Assembly: GCA_016839705.1 (NCBI GenBank)
Contig: JAEOTR010000060.1
Span: forward strand, 32,001-96,000
DNA length: 64,000 nt
Reading direction: 5' to 3'
Source: Promethearchaeota archaeon
GTDB lineage: Archaea; Asgardarchaeota; Lokiarchaeia; Sigyniarchaeales; SOKP01
This document shows positions 17,746 through 27,667 of this stretch, one piece after another; position 1 is the stretch's first letter; each line of letters opens with the position of its first letter. The notes under the pieces are model-generated. The model searched no databases and had not been told where the DNA came from. It was given only the letters and a program-made list of their open reading frames with translations. The translations under genes and the position numbers were made by a program.

Positions 17746-18453
17746 TTATACTAATTTTACTCCTGGTTCAATTAATCCAACATTTTGATTCCTAGTTTTT
17801 TCAACTAAGATTTTGGGATTTGAAATGTAGGCTTTTTTTGCAAGATTCATTGGGATTCCTAAGAGTGAATTACATATACTTAGTAGCGCTCTAGGATGTC
17901 TAAAATTAAATATATCAGTGAAATTTCCACTTATTATAAAATTTGCCTTTAATTTTCGTGCTAATTGTATGAACTTAAATAAATTTCTAAAATTCTTAGA
18001 TTGGGCTGCCTTATTTCTAACCATAATTGGTGCTAATGAAAATTCTATAAAAGAATTATTTTGTTTTGTTAAGGAGATAACTCCTGGGGTAATTGTTTTA
18101 ATTATTTCTGGATCAGAAAAGGAAATAATATCAACCCTTGAATCTTTCGCTGATTGTAATTGAACTTCCTTATTCAAAGATTCAATAGATAATATACCTG
18201 TAAAATTACCATATTTCTTAATCTTTGCCCTAAAATTCTCAAGTTTATTTATTCTTAAATTAATTCGGAAAAAAATATTAACTTTTGAACTATTTTGCAT
18301 TTTTTTTCTAAAGTCTGAAGGAATTATTTCTATCCCATTCTTTGGTTCAAGTATAATATTCTTTATGCCTAGGTCATTACAAATATCTATTTTTTTCTCA
18401 ATCTCGTTAAAATCATTGATATTCACAGGAATTCTCGATTCAAAGTATGTCAA
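17746..18453 (-). CDS. rnp3: RNase P protein Rpp30
   Basis: DSRVDII, IEFSLAP, FIISG, RHPR motifs; adjacent to Pop5. Confidence 0.88.
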   Translation of the reverse strand: MTYFESRIPVNINDFNEIEKKIDICNDLGIKNIILEPKNGIEIIPSDFRKKMQNSSKVNIFFRINLRINKLENFRAKIKKYGNFTGILSIESLNKEVQLQSAKDSRVDIISFSDPEIIKTITPGVISLTKQNNSFIEFSLAPIMVRNKAAQSKNFRNLFKFIQLARKLKANFIISGNFTDIFNFRHPRALLSICNSLLGIPMNLAKKAYISNPKILVEKTRNQNVGLIEPGVKLV

Positions 18454-18688
18454 AAAAGTAACTACCTCTCTAAGACAGCTTTATATTATTTAATCACAAA
18501 GTATTTTTTTAAAAAAAATAATTTTATTATACTAAATATTCAAAATATTAATTCCTTAAAAATGAGGGCTTTCGTAATTAAAAAATGAGATTTCCAAAAA
18601 CTTAGAATTTATCATTTTTTAATTAAGACAAAATTTTCCCTAATTGTTTGGTAATAAAGTTTATTTTAAATTTGCAATATGGATTAGT

Positions 18689-18784
18689 ATGTCTAAAAAA
18701 TTAATACCTGGTGGCGATTTGACAGTTATATGGCTTTTGAAAGAGGGTGTTTCAAAAATTTTTGGCTTAGTTGATATAATATAA
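18689..18784 (+). pseudogene. 31-aa remnant resembling the N-terminus of a thiamine-diphosphate enzyme (acetolactate synthase-like)
   Basis: MSKKLIPGGDLTVIWLLKEGVSKIFGLVDII* matches the TGG+.+V..L..EGV..+FG+.G pattern, then stops. Confidence 0.6.
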
Positions 18785-18815
18785 TTTAATTATATTATTT
18801 AGGTGAAATTAAGAA

Positions 18816-19610
18816 ATGAGTGAAAATTTTTTAGAAGGAAAAATAGCCTTAGTTACAGGAGCAGGTAGTGGATTTGGGCGGGAAATGGCGATAAATTTTG
18901 CAAAAAAGGGTGCAGATTTAGTTTTAAACGATATTGATCTAGAAAGCATAAAAGAAACTCGTGATATAATTCTAAACTCACATGAAGTTGAAATAATGTT
19001 AGCAGAAGCAGATATCTCTGATGAGGAACAAGTAAATCTCATGAGTAAAAAAGTTTTTCAGCAATTTGATAATGTTTTTGTACTAGTTAATAACGCCGGG
19101 ATAAGGGGAGGGTCATCATCTTTGAAGACTAAGATGATAGACTATGATATGGTCATGAATGTAAATGTGAAAGGTGCGTGGAATGTAACAAAAGCTTTTT
19201 ATAAAAAAATGAGAAGACAGAAATTCAGACCATTAGCAGGGAAAATTATAAATATTACATCATGCGCAGGCACAGAGTGCGGATTGAATCCATTTATTGG
19301 GATATACAGCGTGAGTAAAACTGCACTTATAGCTTTTACAAAACTTTGGGCTCTTGAATTAGGATCATCCAATATTTCTGTTAACGCAATTTGCCCTGGT
19401 ATCTTTCTCACCCCAATATATAATAATGATCCAAATTTCATTAGAGAATGGATAAAAATGAGGAATGTAAAAATTCCTTTAGATCAAATTGGGGAACCTA
19501 ATCAAGTTGCTGATGTGGCATTATTCTTAGCCTCACCAGCTTCAGATTATATTACAGGACAAAATATTATAATTGATGGCGGGATGACAATTTCAATAAA
19601 TAAAATATAA
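18816..19610 (+). CDS. short-chain dehydrogenase/reductase
   Basis: TGAGSGFG, NNAG, YSVSK, VNAICPG, YITGQ..DGG. Confidence 0.95.
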   Translation: MSENFLEGKIALVTGAGSGFGREMAINFAKKGADLVLNDIDLESIKETRDIILNSHEVEIMLAEADISDEEQVNLMSKKVFQQFDNVFVLVNNAGIRGGSSSLKTKMIDYDMVMNVNVKGAWNVTKAFYKKMRRQKFRPLAGKIINITSCAGTECGLNPFIGIYSVSKTALIAFTKLWALELGSSNISVNAICPGIFLTPIYNNDPNFIREWIKMRNVKIPLDQIGEPNQVADVALFLASPASDYITGQNIIIDGGMTISINKI

Positions 19611-19630
19611 TTCCGTCCGAGAAAAAAAAA

Positions 19631-20215
19631 TCATTTTCCTCGTCCTTTATTTGCTCGAATACTAGGTCGAGTTTTTTCAGATCCCCATCCTTTTTTATGT
19701 AAACCTCTCGATCTCTTTCCAGCAGATGTTAAACCCCGAGTTACTCTCTTCTTATGTTGAGATTCAATGATCCAATTTATCTTAGGGTCTGATTTAATCA
19801 CAGGATGCGATGGATCAACTAAAATAACTTCATAATACCAATGTCTTCCATCAGAGTATATTTTATAGCTATTAAGAACCTCCATATTAGGATACTTTCT
19901 TTGAACTCTCTCTTCAGCAATCCATTGCAGGTTTTTGCCCGTAGTGTATTTGGAAACACCCATCGCTCTAGGTTTTCTTCCTCTCTTTGGGCGAATTTTA
20001 TGCATTCCCCCTTTTCTAATTCTAGCCCTTACAACGATATATCCTTGTTTAGCTTTATATCCTAATTCTCTAGCACGGTAAATTTTAGTTGGTTTTTCGA
20101 CTCTTTGAATTGATTTACCCTTCCGATATTCAATACCACGATACCAATGTGGTGTTTGATACCCTTTTTCGTGTTTCTCAAAAGTTTCTTTGACATGGCT
20201 GTATCCAGACTTCAA
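19631..20215 (-). CDS. rpl15e: 50S ribosomal protein L15e
   Basis: ARELGYKAKQG, AEERV, VLNSY, EVILVDP.HP, RGLTSAG; likely start TTG 20215. Confidence 0.97.
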   Translation of the reverse strand: MKSGYSHVKETFEKHEKGYQTPHWYRGIEYRKGKSIQRVEKPTKIYRARELGYKAKQGYIVVRARIRKGGMHKIRPKRGRKPRAMGVSKYTTGKNLQWIAEERVQRKYPNMEVLNSYKIYSDGRHWYYEVILVDPSHPVIKSDPKINWIIESQHKKRVTRGLTSAGKRSRGLHKKGWGSEKTRPSIRANKGRGK

Positions 20216-20284
20216 GTTATACGAACACATCCCTAAACTAATATTAATTAAAAATAAGCATATTATATTATTTTTATGGTTATT

Positions 20285-21217
20285 CTATTCAGTTAAAAAA
20301 CTCATCAAATAATTTGTGATTTTTTCCGTAATCATTGTACTAGCTTGAATTTGCGTTTCTACTGTTTGACTCCCGATATGTGGTGTAAGAATTAAGTTAT
20401 CTTCACATGAACATAAATCCAAGTTAGTTAAGGGTTCTTGTTGATAAACATCTAATGCCGCACCACCTATCTCCTTTTTTTTTAACGCCTCGACTAAAGC
20501 GCCCTCATCAATCAAATTTCCTCTAGCTGTATTAATTAAAATGGTATTTTTATTCATTAAATTAAGTCGCTTTTCATTTATTGTATTTTCAGTTTCCTTA
20601 GTTGAGGGTAAATGTAATGAAATTATTTGTACATCTTTTATAAGATCATCTACATTACGATAAACGGTATAACCTAATTTTCTTGCTATATCTATAACCG
20701 ATTTATCTGTATCGTATATTCCGATTTTCATTCCAAAAGCAGAACATCTTTTTGCTACCTCCTGACCGATATTACCAAACCCGATTAGACCGATCTTCTT
20801 ATCCTTAATAGTATATCCCATATAGTGACCTTTGCACCACCTACCGCAATGCATTGTCTCATCCGCTTTTGAGATATGTCTAGCTAAGTTTAGGATTAAT
20901 GCTATTGTTAATTCTGCTACTGAAACAGATGGGGCTTCAGGAGTATTAAATACTTTAATGCCTAATTCTTCTGCCTTTTTAAGGTCGATGTTGTCAAGAC
21001 CAACACCAGCCCTTCCAATCACCTTTAATCTTTTACCATTTTCTAATATTTTAGCAGTCAGTTTTGTTCTGGATCTAACTATAATAGCATCATAATTCTG
21101 AATTTCTTTTTCTAATTCACTTGGGGTTAGATCATAAAATTCTCTATATTCGAGCTTATTTGCATTAAAAATCTTCAGAGATTCCTTCTGGATCTTATCT
21201 GTAATTAAAATCTTCAT
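20285..21217 (-). CDS. serA: D-3-phosphoglycerate / D-2-hydroxyacid dehydrogenase
   Basis: VRSRTK, RAGVGLDNID, GFGNIG, NTARG, TPHIG; no C-terminal regulatory domains. Confidence 0.85.
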   Translation of the reverse strand: MKILITDKIQKESLKIFNANKLEYREFYDLTPSELEKEIQNYDAIIVRSRTKLTAKILENGKRLKVIGRAGVGLDNIDLKKAEELGIKVFNTPEAPSVSVAELTIALILNLARHISKADETMHCGRWCKGHYMGYTIKDKKIGLIGFGNIGQEVAKRCSAFGMKIGIYDTDKSVIDIARKLGYTVYRNVDDLIKDVQIISLHLPSTKETENTINEKRLNLMNKNTILINTARGNLIDEGALVEALKKKEIGGAALDVYQQEPLTNLDLCSCEDNLILTPHIGSQTVETQIQASTMITEKITNYLMSFLTE

Positions 21218-21310
21218 GTAAATCTAAAAAAAATTATTTTTAATACCTAGAATAAATTATCCTAATCATTAATTGCTTAAAGATTTATTTCTTCTAAATT
21301 TTGTTAACTT

Positions 21311-21778
21311 ATGGAAAGAAAAAACAAGAGTAAAGAAACTCTCAGCAAAATAAAGGTTGAGAATCAAGAAGGGTTATCAGTATCGTATGATAGAGATGAA
21401 TTAAAGGAAAAATTCCCCCATTTAGTAACTGAAATTGCGGGAAAAAAGAAAATAGTAAAAATCGATTCAATTGAGAATAACTTTGATTTAAAGCAATTAA
21501 AGGATGAGATACCATATTCAGATGAATTAATAAACCCAGGTGCTATTGATTTTTTAAGAAGATGCACGAACAATGATGAGGCTCTAAATATCTTAGATTA
21601 TTTACTAAAACAAAAAGAAATCTCAGAAAAAGATTATAATACATATAAAGATCAGATTCTATCTGGGGAAGGACTAAAAAAATTCATTGATAAGCATGGG
21701 GGCTTTAAAGATCATGGTTATTATGAAAAGAAATATAGGAATTTGACTGGAAGCAAATTAAAACAAAGTAAAAATTAA
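21311..21778 (+). CDS. DUF2095-like archaeal protein
   Basis: FPHL..E, NPGAIDFLRRC..EA..ILDYL...EI, GYY. Confidence 0.75.
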   Translation: MERKNKSKETLSKIKVENQEGLSVSYDRDELKEKFPHLVTEIAGKKKIVKIDSIENNFDLKQLKDEIPYSDELINPGAIDFLRRCTNNDEALNILDYLLKQKEISEKDYNTYKDQILSGEGLKKFIDKHGGFKDHGYYEKKYRNLTGSKLKQSKN

Positions 21779-21831
21779 GTGAAAACAATACTATGCATAA
21801 AGAAGATAAGGCACCATAATTATTATATTAC

Positions 21832-21913
21832 GAGAAGAAAAATGATGAGCTTATGACAATAAGAACTAATGCTCTTAGTTATGATTCATGTCGCCCCAAT
21901 CTGATTTTTTCTC
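21832..21913 (+). ncRNA. C/D-box guide sRNA, predicted target 23S rRNA Gm2251 (E. coli numbering)
   Basis: Terminal stem GAGAAGAAA/TTTTTTCTC, box C ATGATGA 21842-21848, C'-like ATGATTC 21881-21887, guide TGTCGCCCCAAT, box D CTGA 21901-21904. Confidence 0.8.
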
Positions 21914-21947
21914 TTTAATTTTATAAGTTTGAGTTTCAGATCATGCA

Positions 21948-22271
21948 TCATGAAACATTTTCTAACTGAATTTTTAATTTTAATCCTTTTTCTGTTAAAA
22001 AATGCTCCTTTTTTACTACTTTAATAAGGTTTAGTTCAAGTAAAACAGGAATTCTCCCTTTAACACACGAGATTGGCAAACCTGAAAAGAGTTTAATTGT
22101 CTCATAATTCTTCGCACCTTTATCAATAGCAAATAAGATCTCAATTCCCATATAACCTAAGAGATTTTTTAAATCTTCTTTAGATTCTTCCCCATTAATC
22201 ATTCTATTCTTGCACCAATTTTTTATAAGAAAAACTATTTTCTGCCTTGTTATCTCAGGAATTACTCCCAC
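21948..22271 (-). CDS. small winged-helix protein
   Basis: EILFAID.G..YETIK..SGLP..CV..RI..L.ELNLI...LTEKG wHTH pattern. Confidence 0.65.
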   Translation of the reverse strand: MGVIPEITRQKIVFLIKNWCKNRMINGEESKEDLKNLLGYMGIEILFAIDKGAKNYETIKLFSGLPISCVKGRIPVLLELNLIKVVKKEHFLTEKGLKLKIQLENVS

Positions 22272-23475
22272 TATTATTTGATTTCATATCATCAATGCTT
22301 AATAATGGGGATTCCTCCTCCTCTTTATCTACATCTTTTACTTTTCGACTATATTTGTTGGTAACGACTGGTTCAGATTCTTTTGGTAAGAGTTTTCTCA
22401 TCCATTCAGGGAAAGCAGTGGTAATTTGCAAGTTTGTCTTTAAAACTATATATGTTTCCCCATTATTATTTAGTTCTTCAATCACATCATATTTCTTTAA
22501 AAATTCAATTGTTTCCATCAATGAATCTAATGACTTTTTTGTAACTAGTTTTGGTAGCATATCTTTTAAAATCAAACCGTTTCTTAATTCCCTAAGCACA
22601 CTATACTTTTTAGGATCAGCCATTATTTGAAATAGAGTAAAAGTATCTTCTTTTAATTCATAATCGCTTTTTTTCTCATATTTACTATAGTATTCTTGGA
22701 CCTTCGGTAAGAGCAAATCAATTAATTCAGGTTTATCATCAATATACTCAATAACTGTATCCGGGGGAATTCTTTCCGCATTAACTTCCTTTAATAATAG
22801 GACATATTTTTCTACCAAACCAATTTGATTAATAAATATAAATTGCTTTTCAACTAAACTATTAATTATTTCCTCAAAATCTTTATCTGGAAACTTTTTG
22901 AAAAACCATTCACGTAACCACTCTAAAGTTATCGGACCCTTGGATAGCATTTCTAAAGTATCAAACATATGTTTCTCATTTAGTAAAATTGCAATTTTCT
23001 GTTCTTCCGTTTTCTCCCTTGTTTCTTCGTCGATAGTCTTGTATAAGTTTTTTAACCATGCCTTTACAAATGCCTCATTCTTTAATATTATCTCTTTTTC
23101 ATTTTCATGATAATTTAAATCATTTATATAGAACGCAGTATAAATCTCTTCATTTGATTGCAACTGCTCTGAGAATTCGATACATAGATCCGAAATTTTT
23201 TCCTCAATTTCTGGTAATATTTGTTGGTCCACGACTGTAGAAACCATCAACATTTCTTTATTTCCACGAGCCCAGTCTGAGTGAATTTCAAAATAATAAT
23301 TCATTGATTTTAGATTTTCAAAAGAGTGAGTGAAAAAACCTTCATTAAATTGTTGATCCATGATATTAGCTAACTTTACTGCTAAATCTTTGTCTAAAGC
23401 GTTTTTTGGATACGAATTAAAAACTAATGGTCCGATCTTGCGATGAAAATATGATATGGCTACAATAGTCTTCAA
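22255..23475 (-). CDS. longin/uDENN (NPRL2-like) domain protein with C-terminal winged-helix-like repeats
   Basis: N-terminal ISYFHRKIGPLVFNSYP (F-H-x-x-x-G-P motif), YFEI.S..ARG..E; two later wHTH-like segments. Confidence 0.65.
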   Translation of the reverse strand: MKTIVAISYFHRKIGPLVFNSYPKNALDKDLAVKLANIMDQQFNEGFFTHSFENLKSMNYYFEIHSDWARGNKEMLMVSTVVDQQILPEIEEKISDLCIEFSEQLQSNEEIYTAFYINDLNYHENEKEIILKNEAFVKAWLKNLYKTIDEETREKTEEQKIAILLNEKHMFDTLEMLSKGPITLEWLREWFFKKFPDKDFEEIINSLVEKQFIFINQIGLVEKYVLLLKEVNAERIPPDTVIEYIDDKPELIDLLLPKVQEYYSKYEKKSDYELKEDTFTLFQIMADPKKYSVLRELRNGLILKDMLPKLVTKKSLDSLMETIEFLKKYDVIEELNNNGETYIVLKTNLQITTAFPEWMRKLLPKESEPVVTNKYSRKVKDVDKEEEESPLLSIDDMKSNNSGSNS

Positions 23476-23683
23476 TTAATGAATCTCCATTAGGATTTTT
23501 TTAATAATTAAGCACTGCAGCTATTTTTTGATGTTTAACCTAAAATAAATTAATATTAAAGATTATATATTATTAAAGATAAATAAATATATCTTAACTC
23601 AACCTCTAATATCTTTAGACTAATAAAATACGCAGTTAATTTATTTTACTCTTTTAATTCTAATAAAAAGATAAGCATTAACA

Positions 23684-24421
23684 ATGTGCCCTATAAAACT
23701 AGTTGGTTTCGATCTTGATGATTGTTTGTTTGACTCCACAGGATTATCTGATAGAGCAAGAATCAAAGGGATTGATGCAATGATTAATTTAGGTTTAAGA
23801 ATTGATAGAAATGAAGCTATCCGGATAATTTATGATATAGTTCAAGAATACGGCTCGAATTTTTCTAAACATTTTAATCTCTTCATTAGAAGATTAAACC
23901 AATTAAATGAAAATGTAGAATTTATCCGTTATAATGATCGATATAAATTTATTGCCGCAGCAGTTATGGCATATCATGAAGAAAAAGTTAATTCAATTAG
24001 ATTGTATGATGATGTTGAAATATGTCTTAAAAAATTAAGAGAATTGAAAATTAAAACCGCAATTATTACAGATGGATTACCAATAAAACAATATGAGAAA
24101 ATATTAAGACTGAAAATTGATGAACTTTTCGATTTGATCATCATATCAGATGAGATTGGTATAAAAAAGCCAAATCCTGAGTTATTCAATTATGGATTAA
24201 AAAAATTTGGTATTAAGGGTGAAGAGGCTATATATATAGGAGATCGTCTTGATAAAGATATTCTTCCTGCAAATATAAACAATATTCATAGTGTCTATCT
24301 TCACAGGGGGGGAAAGTATGATAAATATGATGCAAGCTTAAAAAATGAAGGATATATCAAGCCGGATTATGAAATCACCAACTTATATGAATTATTTGAC
24401 ATAATTGATGAAATTCAATAA
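23684..24421 (+). CDS. HAD-superfamily hydrolase
   Basis: FDLDDCL, IITDG, KKP.P, YIGD..DKDI. Confidence 0.93.
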   Translation: MCPIKLVGFDLDDCLFDSTGLSDRARIKGIDAMINLGLRIDRNEAIRIIYDIVQEYGSNFSKHFNLFIRRLNQLNENVEFIRYNDRYKFIAAAVMAYHEEKVNSIRLYDDVEICLKKLRELKIKTAIITDGLPIKQYEKILRLKIDELFDLIIISDEIGIKKPNPELFNYGLKKFGIKGEEAIYIGDRLDKDILPANINNIHSVYLHRGGKYDKYDASLKNEGYIKPDYEITNLYELFDIIDEIQ

Positions 24422-24447
24422 TAAAGAAATAAAAAAGTAGGTTAATA

Positions 24448-25260
24448 ATGAAAGTAGCATGTATTCAACCTCAAATATTGCAGGAGAGAAATCAATGTTA
24501 CCTCGAAGTTGAAAAAATTTTAAAAAACCTGCTCGAAAAACACAAAAAAAATGAAATAATTTGTCTACCAGAAAGGTGGGTTCCATTTTCTAAGAATTTA
24601 TTGGAAAATCTTCAAGAGGAGAGAGGAGATGACTATAAATTTGCTAAAAATTTATCAAAGAAATATAACATAAAAATAATATCTGGAGCAATTTGGGAAA
24701 AAAGATCTAGTTCTGAAAAGCCAGTAATTACTAGCTATTTTTTTAATGAAAATGGTGAAGAGATTGGGAGACAAGACAAGATCCACTTATATGCATATGA
24801 ACAAGAACAGTTCGAACCAGGAAAGGTGTTAAACCTATTCGAAATTGACAGATCATACTATTTTGCGATTTTAATATGTTTTGATATAGCTTTTTTTGAA
24901 ACTCCTCGTGTTGCTGTTGAGAATGGTGCAGATCTTTTATTTTCACCGACTCAAATAAGAGAAGATGGAATGTTTAATTGGGACGTTTATTTAAAAGCGA
25001 GAGCTCTTGAAAATCGTGTACCCATTGTAGCATGTAATACTTATGGTAAGTATCTTCGAAGAAAATTTATCGGAGAGAGTAAAATTATTTCATTTCGAAA
25101 AGGGAGTGTATCCCCATCAAAACTTAAGATATTAGAAGGTCCTAGTAGTTCTAGTGGGTTTATCTCTGATGACATTGATTTAGATTTTCCTCGAAAACTA
25201 AGAAAAATCCGATTGAATGAAAAAATCGATAAAAATAATATAATTGTGAAGAAAATATAG
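24448..25260 (+). CDS. carbon-nitrogen hydrolase (nitrilase family)
   Basis: E-K-C triad: LPE, DKIHL, ICFD; ARALEN. Confidence 0.92.
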   Translation: MKVACIQPQILQERNQCYLEVEKILKNLLEKHKKNEIICLPERWVPFSKNLLENLQEERGDDYKFAKNLSKKYNIKIISGAIWEKRSSSEKPVITSYFFNENGEEIGRQDKIHLYAYEQEQFEPGKVLNLFEIDRSYYFAILICFDIAFFETPRVAVENGADLLFSPTQIREDGMFNWDVYLKARALENRVPIVACNTYGKYLRRKFIGESKIISFRKGSVSPSKLKILEGPSSSSGFISDDIDLDFPRKLRKIRLNEKIDKNNIIVKKI

Positions 25261-25283
25261 ATTTGGGATAATAGAAGAAGATT

Positions 25284-26240
25284 ATGAAAAATTCTGCAGA
25301 ATTACAGAAGATTTTATTTACAGGTTTAGAAGATGGAGGAAAAACCTCAATTTTATTACTATTAGATAAAAAATTCAGTTTACTGCCCGCAGTTAAACCT
25401 ACAATTAAAGCTAAGAGAACTTTCTATACTAACTCATTATTAGGAATCCAAATTACCCGTTGGGATTTAGGAGGTCAGAAAATATATAGGAAAATATATA
25501 TTAATGAGAAAAGCAAATACTTTACAGAGACACAAACTATTTTTTATATAATTGATATCCAATCCCAAAGTAAGTTTGATGAAGCTTTAACTTATCTCAA
25601 AGATATCACTAACATTGTTTCAGAAACTCACATTGAAAATTTTCAACTTCTAATATTACTCCATAAATTTGATCCCGATATAAGAGATAACAGTACCATT
25701 ATTGAGAATCAAAGATTTCTAGAGTCGCAAATCACTAAAATTATTGGAAATCTAAAACATTCGATTTATAAAACTTCAATTTATGATGTAGCAACATTAT
25801 TAAGAGCTTTTTCCGATGGAGTTTTTTATGCCACCCCTAAGTCTAAAATGCTTCAGGGACTTTTAAAGGATTACATGGGAAAAACATTCAATAGTGCCAC
25901 ACTCTTATTAGATCAGAACTGTTTCATTATAGCAAGCAGGTCTACAAATGAAGATTACCAAAGAATTTGTGAAGAGATTGCCCCAAGACTAACTCGTGCT
26001 CTTGAGAAGCTTGAAGAATGGGCAATAAATACTGTTGATATAGTTACAACTATCGAATTTCCAGAAAAACACTCAGATTTCCAAAAAGAAGGCATTATTT
26101 TTCTTAGGAAATTAGATATTACCAACACAAGACTCTATCTTATTGCTCTATGTTTAAATAAAAATGTTAAGCTCAAGTCTTATGAATATCTACCAATATT
26201 AGCGGATAATTTAAAGAATTTATTAGAAAGTTTTAAGTAA
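25284..26240 (+). CDS. Rag/Arf-like small GTPase with C-terminal roadblock domain
   Basis: GLEDGGKTS, PT, WDLGGQ, HKFD, TSIY; C-terminal TLLLDQNCFIIAS roadblock-like region. Confidence 0.85.
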   Translation: MKNSAELQKILFTGLEDGGKTSILLLLDKKFSLLPAVKPTIKAKRTFYTNSLLGIQITRWDLGGQKIYRKIYINEKSKYFTETQTIFYIIDIQSQSKFDEALTYLKDITNIVSETHIENFQLLILLHKFDPDIRDNSTIIENQRFLESQITKIIGNLKHSIYKTSIYDVATLLRAFSDGVFYATPKSKMLQGLLKDYMGKTFNSATLLLDQNCFIIASRSTNEDYQRICEEIAPRLTRALEKLEEWAINTVDIVTTIEFPEKHSDFQKEGIIFLRKLDITNTRLYLIALCLNKNVKLKSYEYLPILADNLKNLLESFK

Positions 26241-26358
26241 TTGTTTTCCCTTTAGTCTAAAATCAAATTCTTACTTATTTTTATTTTTAGTGACCCGTCT
26301 CTGAGGGGGTTTAAATACTTTAATTTTAAAAAAATTAAAAAAAGAATTATTTTATAAG

Positions 26359-27552
26359 ATGACTTTTAAACTCGATATTAATAATCATTTTGTAGGACCT
26401 AAGGCAATTTTTGACCCAAATTTCATACCTCCTCGAATCCTTTTTAGAAGGAGAGAAGTAAAATCCTTATCCTCTATTTTAACTGATTCCCTTTCTGATG
26501 AATTTTGCCTTAATATTCTCTATCAAGGGATTAATGGTATAGGGAAAAAAGTAATAATAAATAAAGTTATAGATGATCTTTCAAGAAAAAATAACGGATT
26601 CAATAACATTCATAAAGTACATATTGATTGTAAAGAAAAAGATTTTGAGGAATTGACATTTTCGGTGTTAAACGACTTAATTAAGATTTCTCAGCTCAAT
26701 ATTAATTTTGAATCTCTCTTAAACTCAAATCTGTCTCATTTATGGAACGTTTTTAATCTAATTTGTAAAAAGACTGATTGTAACCTATTCTTTATTTTTA
26801 CTAATGTCGAACATTTAAAACCAGTTATATTTAAAAAATTTCTCCATCTCGGTAAGGAAAATAATATCACCTCTATCTACACTATAAACAAAATATTTCG
26901 ACCGACAACAATCGATATACTATCTGAATTTGATTTAAAAAAAAAGTTGAGTTATTTTTCCTACAAGGAACTATTTTCTATCTTAAAACAAAGGATGTTA
27001 CAAACATTTTCACATGAGGTGGATCAAGAACTAATTAAATACATAACAGATTTAGTTTGTGAACAATATGTTCCAGTTCCAGGAAAAGGAATCGAAATAT
27101 TTAGAGATCTCTATCCTCTATTAAAAGATAACCAAAGTATGAGGAATTTTAAATTAATAGAACTTTGCCAGAATCATTTTGATCAAATGCAAATTAATGA
27201 TGAATTTTCTATGTTAGATTATATTTCTGAAGAGGATTTGTTACATTTATTGTTTTTAGACAATCTATCGAATTATTTTTTAAGCAGTATGAATTACTAC
27301 ATCAAATTAAATGAACTCAAGGAGATTTATAATATTTCTTGTGAAACTTTAGAATATAAAAAAAATATAATTGAATTTCAGAATATAATTAAAGAGCTGT
27401 TAAATATTGGAATAGTAAGACCTTCGAAGAATTCTCAAAGAGAAAATAGACCATATTTTTTTGACGATGCTGCAACTACAGATTCTTTCTTTATGGTAAT
27501 ATCTCCAAATCAGTTAAAAGCTATTATAGATACTTTATTTGAAAGATATTAA
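26359..27552 (+). CDS. divergent Orc1/Cdc6 paralog
   Basis: IFDPNFIPPRILFRRREV, LYQGINGIGKK, HIDC, FSYKELFSILKQR, C-terminal wHTH; Walker A/B degenerate. Confidence 0.8.
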   Translation: MTFKLDINNHFVGPKAIFDPNFIPPRILFRRREVKSLSSILTDSLSDEFCLNILYQGINGIGKKVIINKVIDDLSRKNNGFNNIHKVHIDCKEKDFEELTFSVLNDLIKISQLNINFESLLNSNLSHLWNVFNLICKKTDCNLFFIFTNVEHLKPVIFKKFLHLGKENNITSIYTINKIFRPTTIDILSEFDLKKKLSYFSYKELFSILKQRMLQTFSHEVDQELIKYITDLVCEQYVPVPGKGIEIFRDLYPLLKDNQSMRNFKLIELCQNHFDQMQINDEFSMLDYISEEDLLHLLFLDNLSNYFLSSMNYYIKLNELKEIYNISCETLEYKKNIIEFQNIIKELLNIGIVRPSKNSQRENRPYFFDDAATTDSFFMVISPNQLKAIIDTLFERY

Positions 27553-27667
27553 ATTTAGTAGACGTAAAATTGATTCTATTGAATTCAAGACAGAGATTCC
27601 AAGCGGGAAATTGTGCCAAAAATCGAAAGGAACATTAATTTTTTTTATATATTTGACATGCCTATTA

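Noticed and set aside
21849-21890. Eukaryote-like SECIS (ATGA...AA...TGAT) in the 3' region of the DUF2095 gene
   Set aside because: The stem is too short, the upstream gene has no in-frame TGA, and the C/D-box reading explains the whole element better
26285-26320. G-string GAGGGGG upstream of the cdc6-like gene as an origin recognition box
   Set aside because: Single occurrence lacking the TTCCA..GGAA core; insufficient to call an origin
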